Assembly: GCA_964413435.1 (NCBI GenBank)
Contig: CAYPSB010000002.1
Span: forward strand, 9,189-73,188
From: an uncultured Flavobacterium sp.
Lineage (GTDB): Bacteria; Bacteroidota; Bacteroidia; Flavobacteriales; Flavobacteriaceae
Length of the DNA: 64,000 nucleotides
Reading direction: 5' to 3'
Under the pieces are notes generated by a model. It did not search any database. It had not been told where the DNA came from and saw nothing but the letters and a program-made list of their open reading frames with translations. The position numbers were made by a program, and so were the translations under genes. Positions 30,190 through 38,972 of this stretch are shown piece by piece; position 1 is the first letter of the stretch; every line of letters starts with the position of its first letter.

Positions 30190-30462
30190 ATGAATTCAAT
30201 GTTTGCGTTACAAATGGTCGCCTTGTTGGCAATTTTTTATTTCTTTATGATCAGACCACAACAAAAGAAAATAAAACAGGAAAAAGAATTTGAAGCCGGA
30301 TTAAAAGTAGGCGATAAAATCATCACTAAAAGTGGTTTCCACGGAAAAATCGTAGAACTGGGCGAAGGTACTGTAATCATCGAAACCATGTCGGGAAAAC
30401 TGAAAATTGAGCGCTCAGCCATTTCTGTAGAAATGACCGCCGCCTTAAATAAGAAAGCATAA
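30190..30462 (+). CDS. yajC: preprotein translocase subunit YajC
   Basis: 90 aa. IFYFFMIRPQQKKIKQ...GDKIITKSGFHGKI is YajC. Confidence 0.9.
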   Translation: MNSMFALQMVALLAIFYFFMIRPQQKKIKQEKEFEAGLKVGDKIITKSGFHGKIVELGEGTVIIETMSGKLKIERSAISVEMTAALNKKA

Positions 30463-30480
30463 ACGGTAAATGATGAATGG

Positions 30481-30508
30481 GTAATTAAGAATTACGAATT
30501 CAAATTTC
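30481..30508. repeat. period-7 repeat (gtaatta agaatta cgaattc aaatttc)
   Basis: Read directly. 13 nt (30488-30500) are the reverse complement of 30615-30627. Confidence 0.75.
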
Positions 30509-30520
30509 CACATTAAAAAA

Positions 30521-30552
30521 CCCAAATCTCTTCATAGGGATTTGGGTTTTTT
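30521..30552 (+). terminator. rho-independent terminator after yajC
   Basis: cccaaatc-(10 nt)-gatttggg, then T6. Confidence 0.8.
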
Positions 30553-30594
30553 ATTTATTAATAAATCAAGATACTCACAATCAACAAGCCCCCA

Positions 30595-30629
30595 ATACGT
30601 AATTCCCAATTCGTAATTCGTAATTCTAT
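30595..30629. repeat. period-7 repeat (atacgta attccca attcgta attcgta attctat)
   Basis: Read directly. Includes the stop codon of the YdeI-like gene. Confidence 0.8.
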
Positions 30630-31201
30630 CTGTATTTATCATTCAACCCACGACCTTCCAGAATCATCGGTTTTACTTTTTCCAGCCGCGTGATTTTTGT
30701 TTTTTCCTGCTTGGCGGTTGCCAGATATTCCCAATATTCTTTTTGTTTAAACGGAGTGAGCTGTTCAAAAGCGGTGTGCAGTTCTCGGTCTTCTTTTAAA
30801 ACTGCAGCCAAAAAATCACAATGCATCGCTTCTTTTTTTTTAGGCTTGATAGAAAGTCCGGCCTTTTCATTGGCTATAGCCTCCTTGATGTATCGTAAGA
30901 TTAGGAGTTCATCAATCTCCTTTGCCGATGTGAAGCGCCACTGACGCAGTCCACGGGTAACCCCTTCATTGGCATTCACCAACACTTTGGCCTCGTCTTT
31001 CAGGAAAACCCCGTTCCAAAACCAAATCACAAAAAAGTTTTTAAAGCCTCCGATACCCAACACATTTTTGTTGTTCAGCGTGTAAACTTCACCGCCCCAC
31101 TTGGTGGTTTCTGTCAGTTCGGTCTTTTGAATAATACCGCGCAACAAGCCGAGTTCCTCGCCCCATTGATTGACTTTATCCCAAACAGGTGTTTCTTTCA
31201 T
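30626..31201 (-). CDS. YdeI/OmpD-associated (DUF1801-containing) family protein
   Basis: ATG at 31201 (MKETPVWDKVNQW...). The track start 31243 is a TTG extension adding a non-signal hydrophobic stretch. The C-terminal ...FEQLTPFKQKEYWEYL... is YdeI-like. Confidence 0.75.
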   Translation of the reverse strand: MKETPVWDKVNQWGEELGLLRGIIQKTELTETTKWGGEVYTLNNKNVLGIGGFKNFFVIWFWNGVFLKDEAKVLVNANEGVTRGLRQWRFTSAKEIDELLILRYIKEAIANEKAGLSIKPKKKEAMHCDFLAAVLKEDRELHTAFEQLTPFKQKEYWEYLATAKQEKTKITRLEKVKPMILEGRGLNDKYR

Positions 31202-31282
31202 AGTACTATACAGTAAGAATATTAGGTGTAACGTAATTTTCAATCCGCCGGTTACAACAGTTAAAAAAATACCACAGCTCGC

Positions 31283-31400
31283 GTCAGTTCGATTGATTTT
31301 CCGTCAGTTCAAGTGTTTTCAATCAGTTCGAGTGTTTTCAATCAGTTCGAGTGATTTTTGGTCAGTTCGAGTGATTTTCCGTCAGTTCGAGTGATTTTTA
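31283..31400. repeat. tandem repeat, 6 units of 19-20 bp (consensus TCAGTTCGAGTGATTTTCCG)
   Basis: TCAGTTC starts at 31284, 31304, 31323, 31342, 31362 and 31382. Each unit holds the imperfect palindrome TCAGT-TCG-AGTGA. Lies between the pepT stop (31441) and the YdeI-like start (31201). Confidence 0.95.
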
Positions 31401-31440
31401 CGAAGTAAAAATTGTATCGAGAACCTTTCGCGCTAAAACG

Positions 31441-32712
31441 TTATTTCTTCTTACCCTTACCCGCTTTACTGAAATCAGTGGTAGCAGTCAATTCGGCAAT
31501 TTTTACAATCACATCTACTGCTTTTTGCATACTTTCTACCGGAACATATTCGTATTTTCCGTGGAAGTTATGACCGCCGGCAAAAATATTTGGACACGGT
31601 AACCCCATATAGGATAAACGACAACCGTCAGTACCACCGCGAATAGGCTTGATTAATGGCTTAATCCCAAGAGATTTCATGGCTTTTTCGGCCAAATCCA
31701 CGATAAACATCACCGGCTCTACTTTTTCCTTCATGTTATAGTATTGGTCAGTGATTTTGGTAATTACAATATCTTCTCCGAACTGTTTGGCAAATTTCTT
31801 ATTGAATTTTGCAGTTATTTTTTCGATTAAGGCTTTACGTTGTTTGAACAACTTCATATCGTGATCGCGGATGATAAGCTCCAGTTTGGTTTCTTCAATG
31901 CTTCCCTGTAATTGGGTCACGTGAAAGAAGCCTTCGTATCCTTTGGTTTCCTGCGGAGTTTCTCCTTTGGGCAATTCATTGATAAAATCATTAGCCAACA
32001 ACATCGAGTTAATCATTTTACCTTTGGCATAACCCGGATGAACTGATTTTCCTTTGAAAGTAATTTTTACTCCCGCAGCATTGAAATTTTCATATTCCAA
32101 TTCACCAATCTGACTGCCGTCCATAGTGTAAGCCCAGTCGGCTCCGAATTTTTCCACATCAAACAAATCGGCACCACGTCCTATTTCTTCATCAGGGGTA
32201 AAACACACTCTGATTTTTCCGTGTTTGATGTCCGGATTTTGAATCATGTGCTCCATAGCGGTCATGATTTCAGTAATACCGGCTTTGTCATCAGCACCTA
32301 GTAACGTTAAACCATTTGTGGTAATCAGGGTTTGTCCTTTGTAAAGCAATAAATCTTTAAAGTAATTCGGCGAAAGTACTATGTTGTGCTCCTTGTTTAG
32401 TATGATATCTCCTCCGTCATAATTTTTCACAATTTGAGGCTTAACATCTTTTCCGGTAAAGTCTGGAGTAGTGTCAAAGTGGGCTACAAATCCTATGGTT
32501 GGCACCTTGTGGTCTACGTTAGAAGGTAGCGTGGCCATTACATAACCGTGTTTGTCAATGGTTACCTCGGTCATCCCGATGGCTTTGAGCTCGTCTACCA
32601 GTTTGTTGGCTAAATCAAATTGTTTTTTTGTACTTGGAGTTGTAGTGGAGTTGGGGTCCGATTCGGTGTCAATAGTGACATAACTCACGAAACGGTCAAT
32701 AATATGTTGCAT
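31441..32712 (-). CDS. pepT: peptidase T (tripeptide aminopeptidase, M20B)
   Basis: 423 aa. [32 protein letters not shown] and GGTDG are PepT motifs. Confidence 0.92.
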   Translation of the reverse strand: MQHIIDRFVSYVTIDTESDPNSTTTPSTKKQFDLANKLVDELKAIGMTEVTIDKHGYVMATLPSNVDHKVPTIGFVAHFDTTPDFTGKDVKPQIVKNYDGGDIILNKEHNIVLSPNYFKDLLLYKGQTLITTNGLTLLGADDKAGITEIMTAMEHMIQNPDIKHGKIRVCFTPDEEIGRGADLFDVEKFGADWAYTMDGSQIGELEYENFNAAGVKITFKGKSVHPGYAKGKMINSMLLANDFINELPKGETPQETKGYEGFFHVTQLQGSIEETKLELIIRDHDMKLFKQRKALIEKITAKFNKKFAKQFGEDIVITKITDQYYNMKEKVEPVMFIVDLAEKAMKSLGIKPLIKPIRGGTDGCRLSYMGLPCPNIFAGGHNFHGKYEYVPVESMQKAVDVIVKIAELTATTDFSKAGKGKKK

Positions 32713-32727
32713 GATTTTATTTTTTCA

Positions 32728-32735
32728 CAAATATA
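32728..32735 (-). promoter_or_regulatory. -7 box (TATATTTG on minus) for pepT
   Basis: CAAATATA on the plus strand, 16 nt upstream of start 32712. Confidence 0.5.
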
Positions 32736-32769
32736 ATTAATTACGAATTGGGAATAACAAATTACCGAT
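32735..32769. repeat. period-7 repeat (aattaat tacgaat tgggaat aacaaat taccgat)
   Basis: Read directly. 32739-32755 is the exact reverse complement of 30602-30618. Confidence 0.8.
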
Positions 32770-32834
32770 TGCAAGTTATTCTAGGCTGATTATTTGGTGA
32801 AAAATGCTTTGTACTGAACTTGCAGAACAGGGCG

Positions 32835-33452
32835 TTAATTGTCAGAGGGTTCTCTTCGGTTCCAGATATTAAAATCCAACTTAAACTTTTTGTCTTTAAG
32901 CAAAGAAAACCAGTCAATGAACAACAAAGCACAGAGCATTACTATTCCAATAACCATTCCGGTGATGGATTGCCAGGACAAGGTTTCGCGAAACATCTCG
33001 TCTACATTTTCTGAGGCAAATTTACCCAGATGTACGGCTGTCGCATCGCTGATGAATTTGCCGATAAAAAATCCCGGAATAATTTTGATGGGTTTGATTC
33101 GGGCCATACCGCCGGCTAAAAATAAGGGGGTGGTAGGCAACGGCAGTAAGGAATAAGTAACAATAAGGAGCTGACTCTTCCAGCCGTTTTTACTTATTTT
33201 TTCTCCGAGGAACTGCACTTCTCTATTCTTTTTGGCTTTAAATATTTTCTCCGATAACAGGGGTATGTATAGTGTGAGCACATACCTTCCTGATATAGAA
33301 CCCGCAACTCCTACAACAGTAACCCACCAGGCATTTAAATTGTACATGATTTGTAACGGAACCATAATGGTAAGTGCCGGCGGAAACGGAATAGGAACAA
33401 CGTCAAATAAAAAAGCGCCTGCAAAGACTAAAAAATAGTACCACCACATCAT
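32835..33452 (-). CDS. integral membrane protein (DedA/VTT-like by eye)
   Basis: 205 aa with 4-5 hydrophobic helices. Family assignment is weak. Confidence 0.6.
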   Translation of the reverse strand: MMWWYYFLVFAGAFLFDVVPIPFPPALTIMVPLQIMYNLNAWWVTVVGVAGSISGRYVLTLYIPLLSEKIFKAKKNREVQFLGEKISKNGWKSQLLIVTYSLLPLPTTPLFLAGGMARIKPIKIIPGFFIGKFISDATAVHLGKFASENVDEMFRETLSWQSITGMVIGIVMLCALLFIDWFSLLKDKKFKLDFNIWNRREPSDN

Positions 33453-33503
33453 AGATTGCGAATTAATTAAACAACACTAATATTATTTTGCTAAGGTGCA
33501 TTT

Positions 33504-33549
33504 TTTTATAAAACTGCCCCCAATAAGTATCTAACTTTTTGAGGGCAGT
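33504..33549 (-). terminator. candidate terminator after the fused E1 gene
   Basis: Minus strand: ACUGCCCUC / GGGGGCAGU 9-bp stem with a 19-nt loop, then UUUUAU. Confidence 0.5.
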
Positions 33550-33569
33550 CTATTAGGTTTCTTACGATA

Positions 33570-35975
33570 TTAATATAAACTCGGAAAGGCATCCGGTTTG
33601 GCTTCGTGCATAATGGCGTATACCTTTTCAAAAACATCTTCAACCGAAGGTTTTGAAAAATAATCACCGTCAGTTCCGTAAGCAGGTCTGTGTGCTTTGG
33701 CTGTTAGGGTTTGTGGCTGGCTGTCCAGGTGTCGGTAACCGTTTTGTTCTTCTACAATTTGTTGTAGTAAATAAGCGGAAGCACCACCCGGAACATCTTC
33801 ATCTACCACCAATAAGCGGTTGGTTTTGGCAATACTTTTTACACAATCTTGTCTAAGATCAAACGGCAATAGCGATTGGGCGTCTATGATTTCTACATCA
33901 ATTCCGATTTCCGAAAGTTCTTTGGCAGCCTGCTCTATAATTCTCAATGTAGAACCGTATGAAACGATGGTGATATCAGTTCCTTCTCTTAAGGTTTCAA
34001 CCACTCCGATTGGAGTTTTGAATTCACCTAAATTGGTTGGCATTTTTTCTTTCAAACGGTAACCGTTCAAACATTCCACTACAAGTGCAGGTTCGTCAGT
34101 TTCCAACAAAGTGTTGTAAAAACCGGCGGCTTTAGTCATATTTCTCGGAACCAAAACGTGAATACCGCGAATGGCATTGATGATCATTCCCATAGGCGAA
34201 CCCGAATGCCAGATACCTTCTAAACGATGTCCTCGTGTTCTGATGATTAAAGGCGCTTTTTGTCGTCCGTGAGTTCTGTATTGTAAAGTTGCCAGGTCAT
34301 CACTCATGATTTGGATGGCGTACAACAAATAATCTAAATATTGAATTTCAGCTATAGGACGCAAACCACGCATGGCCATTCCTATACCTTGTCCAAGTAT
34401 GGTAGCTTCCCTGATACCGGCATCGGATACACGCTGTTCTCCGTATTTTTCCTGCATGCCTTCCAAACCTTGGTTTACGTCACCAATGTTTCCGCTGTCT
34501 TCTCCAAAAATTAAGGCTTCAGGGTATTTGTTAAAAATAGCGTCAAAGTTATCGCGCAATACTAAGCGGGCATCTACTTCTTCGGCGGTAGCGTCATAGC
34601 TAGGTAATACTTCAGTCGCGCTTAGCACATTTTTATCCGATTGTGAAAACAAATGCGAACTGAATTTTGGCTGAATTTTATCGGTATACGAGTTAATCCA
34701 GGTTGCCAATTGCGATTTACCGCTTTCGTTTACCAATAAACGTAAAACTTTACGGGCTGTGGTAATGATTTCTTTGCGAATAGGCTCTTTGATGGCAGCT
34801 AAATCGGCAGCATATTTTTCGATAAAAACCTTGTTAGCACTTGAAGCTGCAATCGAATTGAGTAGCGCTACTAATTCGTTTTGTTCTTCCTTGATAGGAG
34901 TTGTGAAAGCTGTCCATGCGGCTTTTTTACCTTCTGAAACTTCTTTTTTAGCTTCGCTGTCAATGGTATCTAATTCTTCGGCTGTAGCCAAATTATTTTC
35001 GATTAACCAATTGCGCATTTGTGCCAAACAGTCAAATTCGGCTTCCCAGGCCAAACGTTCTGCATTTTTGTAGCGTTCGTGTGAACCTGAGGTAGAGTGA
35101 CCCTGTGGCTGTGTCAATTCGTTTACATGGATCAATACCGGAACGTGTTGTTCACGGGCTATGGCTGAGGCTTTCTGATAAGTTTCAACCAATGCCGGAT
35201 AATCCCAACCTTTCACGGTCATGATTTCGTATCCGTTGTTGTCTTCATCTCTTTGGAATCCTTTCAGAATTTCAGAAATATTTTCTTTGGTAGTTTGATA
35301 ACGCGCATGAACCGAAATTCCGTATTCGTCATCCCAAACACTCATTACCATCGGTACTTGCAAAACTCCGGCAGCATTGATGGTTTCAAAAAACAACCCT
35401 TCTGAAGTAGAGGCATTCCCAATGGTTCCCCAGGCTACTTCATTTCCTTGGTTGGAAAAGGTGTTGAATTCCTCCAGACCGCGCACGTTTCTGTATATTT
35501 TTGAAGCTTGTGCCAATCCCAATAAACGTGGCATTTGACCGGCAGTAGGAGAGATATCGGCACTCGAATTTTTTTGCTGTGTTAAGTTGTTCCAATTGCC
35601 GTTTTCATCGAGCGAGTGAGTAGCAAAATGGCCACCCATCTGACGTCCGGCGCTCATAGGATCGTGAGCCAAATCAGTATGTCCGTATAAACCGGCAAAG
35701 AACTGCTGAATGGTCAACTGACCAATGGCCATCATAAATGTTTGATCACGGTAATAACCCGAACGGAAATCTCCGTTTTGAAACGCTTTGGCCATAGCCA
35801 ATTGTGGCACTTCTTTACCGTCACCAAAAATCCCGAACTTGGCTTTTCCGGTTAAGACTTCTTTTCGTCCCAGTAAACTACATTCGCGGCTGATTCTGGC
35901 AATTCTGTAATCGTTTAATACTTCGGCTTTGAAATCCTCAAAGGTAATTTCGGTTTTGGTTTGTGCTTCGGTCAT
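33570..35975 (-). CDS. 2-oxoacid (branched-chain-type) dehydrogenase E1 component, fused alpha+beta subunits
   Basis: 801 aa. TPP-binding alpha-like N-half (GNASTSEG...) and transketolase-like beta half (FGEDSGNIGDVNQG..., IVSYGS...). Confidence 0.85.
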   Translation of the reverse strand: MTEAQTKTEITFEDFKAEVLNDYRIARISRECSLLGRKEVLTGKAKFGIFGDGKEVPQLAMAKAFQNGDFRSGYYRDQTFMMAIGQLTIQQFFAGLYGHTDLAHDPMSAGRQMGGHFATHSLDENGNWNNLTQQKNSSADISPTAGQMPRLLGLAQASKIYRNVRGLEEFNTFSNQGNEVAWGTIGNASTSEGLFFETINAAGVLQVPMVMSVWDDEYGISVHARYQTTKENISEILKGFQRDEDNNGYEIMTVKGWDYPALVETYQKASAIAREQHVPVLIHVNELTQPQGHSTSGSHERYKNAERLAWEAEFDCLAQMRNWLIENNLATAEELDTIDSEAKKEVSEGKKAAWTAFTTPIKEEQNELVALLNSIAASSANKVFIEKYAADLAAIKEPIRKEIITTARKVLRLLVNESGKSQLATWINSYTDKIQPKFSSHLFSQSDKNVLSATEVLPSYDATAEEVDARLVLRDNFDAIFNKYPEALIFGEDSGNIGDVNQGLEGMQEKYGEQRVSDAGIREATILGQGIGMAMRGLRPIAEIQYLDYLLYAIQIMSDDLATLQYRTHGRQKAPLIIRTRGHRLEGIWHSGSPMGMIINAIRGIHVLVPRNMTKAAGFYNTLLETDEPALVVECLNGYRLKEKMPTNLGEFKTPIGVVETLREGTDITIVSYGSTLRIIEQAAKELSEIGIDVEIIDAQSLLPFDLRQDCVKSIAKTNRLLVVDEDVPGGASAYLLQQIVEEQNGYRHLDSQPQTLTAKAHRPAYGTDGDYFSKPSVEDVFEKVYAIMHEAKPDAFPSLY

Positions 35976-36158
35976 ATGAAATGCTGTATTGAAGTAACAA
36001 ATTTAAATAAAAAGTAGTAACTTTTGCTATTTCGGCAAAAAAATACCATTTCGGTTTCTGTAATTTTTTGCTAATTAAACAAGTGTTAATTATAAAATAT
36101 CTAATGATAATTGGATTATACGAAGAATAATGTAAATTTTAGTCGGTTTCAGCCGGCT

Positions 36159-38972
36159 TTAAAACCATTTTCGGGTAAAAAGATTGATGAGGGTTTCAGG
36201 CCTGAAGGTAACGATAAAACGAATTTTTTCGCCATAATTTTTATCGCCTACCTCCCAACCGTTATTGGAATATACCGGAAGATATAATTCAAAATAATCG
36301 GTAACCAGATTGAGTCGAATTCCGCTGTCGTACACAAATTTTCCGCAGGTCTCTTTATTTTTGATAGCACCCAAATCACCGTAGGCTTCAATCCAATTCC
36401 AAATACCATAGCTGGCGTTAAGGGTTGTCATCCAACGGTTAGCAAATCGGGTTTCGAGTTTTGACTTGAAAAAACCATCCATGATGATGGATTGCTGGCT
36501 GAACAAACCGGTTTTTTCAGAACGTCCCAAGTATTCACTTTCAAACAAATAATCAGTAGGTCGGTCCAGTCCGAAACTGAAATAATCGTCTTCGGTTTTG
36601 TTGTGTAAAAAGGTTCCGGCAAAGAAGCGCAGGTTGAGCTGTCGGTTGTCGTCAAACAGCTTTCGGTATTGTACTTCCGAAGCCAGTTTTCCGAAGGTTT
36701 TTGAATATTGAAAATCGCCCAGAAAATGAAAATGATGGGTCACTTCGGTTTTGGTATTGACATACTTGACATTAAAAACCTGATAGGTTCGGGTATCTTC
36801 AGAGGTTGTGTAAGCCGATTTTTGTTTATCGACCATAATTTCTTTGATAATGATTGATGATTTTTGGTTGTCGCGGAAATCATCAGGCCTGAAATTCAGG
36901 AATACCGTAGGTGCTACTTTGCTATAATAGGCATCGGGTGCATAATGCAGATAATGACCACCCAGCATGTATTTTATATTGTACAGGTGGCTGTCGCGAT
37001 TGTATTGGTTTACGAAAAACAAAGCTTTTCCGGAAAGGTTTCTGGTTTTGGTGGAAATCGTCGGGTTGACATCAAAAATGAAAGGCTTATCCAAAATAGT
37101 TTTGTTATGAAAACGGAATCCGGGTAAAAATCCGTCATACAAATTGTACTCCAGCGTAGGCACATAAAGGATTTGGTTGTAATAAGGATCTTCCAAATCT
37201 TTCATGAAATTGAATTTTATCGGTCTGTTGTTCAAACGAAATCCGCGCAACGACTGCCAATTGTTTCTCAAGTTAAACTCGGGTACTTCATTTTTGTAAT
37301 TGATGACAATTTTTTCGGCTTCGTTTCTCGGTACGGTAAAAATGCTGTCATTTTTGAAAGTATCAATCCATTTTTTAAAAACAACCTGTTTGTCTTTGAT
37401 GCCATACACCGGAATAGGGACATTGGTTTCTGTTTTGTTTTTGAGTTTAAAACTGACGCTGTCTTTGGTACGGGTAAAGTCTTCAAATTTGAAATCGATG
37501 ATGTCGCGCGACTCAATGATTTTGTCAAAAAACCAGTTGATTTTCTTAGGCGAATTGTTGGTCAGTATCGTTTCAAAATCTTTGCGTGTGGTTTGTTGGG
37601 TCTGATTCAAAACCAAAAACTGACGAATGCTGTTCTGTACAATGTCATTTCCAAGGTAGCTGTCGAGGTATTTCAAACTTAGACCGGCTCGGTATTTAGA
37701 GGCAATTTTTTCATTGAATTTGATCAGCGTATTTTTGGCATTACCCAAAGGTTGATCCAAATTTTTACGGGCCATCAGCATATAAAAATAACTGTACTGT
37801 CCGTTGAATCCCAGACTTACCAGATTATAACCACGAACCAAACGTAACTTGGCTACACTGCCCATCATCTTGCTGTCGGGGTGAAACTCTTCTATGTATT
37901 TCATCATGATATACACCTGAATACCGTCATAAATCCAGTTGTCCTGCCTTGGGTCGAGTTGGAGTGTGCTGTGCAGATAGTTGTTGAGGTAGGTTTTCAG
38001 GAATTTAATCTCGTATAAAAACTCATCTGAAAACGGACTGATAAAAACGGGTAACTGATTCAATCCGTAGAAAGGATTACGCTCGTAATCGGCTTCTGCT
38101 ACGGTTATTTTTTGATTGGGAAACTGTCCTAAATTATCGCTGACAAAATTGACAATTTTATCAATCACAATCGCTTTCTGAATCTCATTCAATCGGGTAT
38201 TTCGCAAATCGGAAACCACTTCCAGGCTACCGTTTTTATATAAAGAAAAAGCGGCATTGGCATCAATGAATAAATTAAAGTCCAAGCGGTTTTTGCCCGA
38301 AAGACGGTAATGATTTTGTTGATTTAGCGTTTCTTTGCTAATTTCGTTCAAATCAGAATTCAATGTCAGGTTTTGCGGAATTTTAACCTCCAAATCATAA
38401 TCAGAAAGACTGTTGGCACAATCGTCGAGGTTGAGATTGTTGTACTTTACAAAGGCGTGATTTTCGTAACGCGCCGGCAACAAAAAACAATTTTTCAGAT
38501 ACATTTTTCCGTTCTCACCATACCCGAATTTGGTAAATTTATCACTAGGTACTTTCACGAAATACGTGAGCGAAAGAGTAACTTTTTGATTAGGCAAAAG
38601 CTTATCTCTTAATCTGATTTGAATCACATCCGGATGGTTGGAATCGCGTTCCCAAGTCAGGAAGGTTTTGTTTTGATCAATGATGGTAATGTTATCTGTG
38701 CGGCCTCGTTCTTTTTCTTTAGCCAAATGAAAACTGCGTTCAAATTCGTCTGAAAACCGTGCTGCCAGCGGCGTGTTCTTTGAACTGTAACCATTCATCC
38801 AGTCATTCAGAACAATATGGTTCAAAGTATCGTTGGTTTGATTGTAATACGTCAGCTCCTGAATGACAGTCAGCATTTTTTTATCGCTGTCAACTTCTAC
38901 AATCATTTTAGAATGATGTTGAGCTGCAGCTATAAAGCTGAAAAAGAAAAGTATGTAACTTAATTTTCTCAA
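36159..38972 (-). CDS. large secreted protein: M1-peptidase-like region lacking HExxH plus Omp85-like C-terminal region
   Basis: 937 aa. TTG start overlaps the upstream stop (TTGA) and yields signal peptide (M)RKLSYILFFFSFIAAAQ. No HExxH anywhere. ...NNYLHSTLQLDPRQDNWIYDGIQVY sits where M1 enzymes have HExxH...WLNEGFAxY. The C-terminus ...YGDLGAIKNKE..FVYDSGIRLNLVTDYFELYLPVY...FTRKWF ends in Phe. Confidence 0.75.
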   Translation of the reverse strand: MRKLSYILFFFSFIAAAQHHSKMIVEVDSDKKMLTVIQELTYYNQTNDTLNHIVLNDWMNGYSSKNTPLAARFSDEFERSFHLAKEKERGRTDNITIIDQNKTFLTWERDSNHPDVIQIRLRDKLLPNQKVTLSLTYFVKVPSDKFTKFGYGENGKMYLKNCFLLPARYENHAFVKYNNLNLDDCANSLSDYDLEVKIPQNLTLNSDLNEISKETLNQQNHYRLSGKNRLDFNLFIDANAAFSLYKNGSLEVVSDLRNTRLNEIQKAIVIDKIVNFVSDNLGQFPNQKITVAEADYERNPFYGLNQLPVFISPFSDEFLYEIKFLKTYLNNYLHSTLQLDPRQDNWIYDGIQVYIMMKYIEEFHPDSKMMGSVAKLRLVRGYNLVSLGFNGQYSYFYMLMARKNLDQPLGNAKNTLIKFNEKIASKYRAGLSLKYLDSYLGNDIVQNSIRQFLVLNQTQQTTRKDFETILTNNSPKKINWFFDKIIESRDIIDFKFEDFTRTKDSVSFKLKNKTETNVPIPVYGIKDKQVVFKKWIDTFKNDSIFTVPRNEAEKIVINYKNEVPEFNLRNNWQSLRGFRLNNRPIKFNFMKDLEDPYYNQILYVPTLEYNLYDGFLPGFRFHNKTILDKPFIFDVNPTISTKTRNLSGKALFFVNQYNRDSHLYNIKYMLGGHYLHYAPDAYYSKVAPTVFLNFRPDDFRDNQKSSIIIKEIMVDKQKSAYTTSEDTRTYQVFNVKYVNTKTEVTHHFHFLGDFQYSKTFGKLASEVQYRKLFDDNRQLNLRFFAGTFLHNKTEDDYFSFGLDRPTDYLFESEYLGRSEKTGLFSQQSIIMDGFFKSKLETRFANRWMTTLNASYGIWNWIEAYGDLGAIKNKETCGKFVYDSGIRLNLVTDYFELYLPVYSNNGWEVGDKNYGEKIRFIVTFRPETLINLFTRKWF

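Noticed and set aside
31202-31243. TTG/GTG-initiated N-terminal extensions suggested by the ORF track (31243 YdeI-like; 9105 DUF1599; 60379 secreted protein; 60349 lpxK; 647 OmpA-like; 10001 lipoprotein).
   Set aside because: In each case an internal ATG gives a canonical N-terminus, either a signal peptide or a conserved family start. It also removes overlap with the neighbouring gene.
31170-31394. A 74-aa ORF across the 20-bp tandem array, and the idea that the array is a CRISPR.
   Set aside because: The ORF is just the repeat read in frame (SVRVFSISSSDFWSVRVIFRQFE). The units are contiguous with no spacers, only 19-20 bp long, and no cas genes are present.
30602-32755. The 17-bp inverted copies interpreted as terminal inverted repeats of a mobile element.
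   Set aside because: There is no transposase or integrase inside (only a YdeI-like gene and pepT) and no visible target-site duplication. Both copies are members of the heptad-repeat family. It is kept only as a low-interest finding.
37173-37682. 169-aa and 101-aa plus-strand ORFs antisense to the 937-aa gene.
   Set aside because: They are low-complexity F/V/I-rich shadow frames of a well-supported minus-strand CDS.
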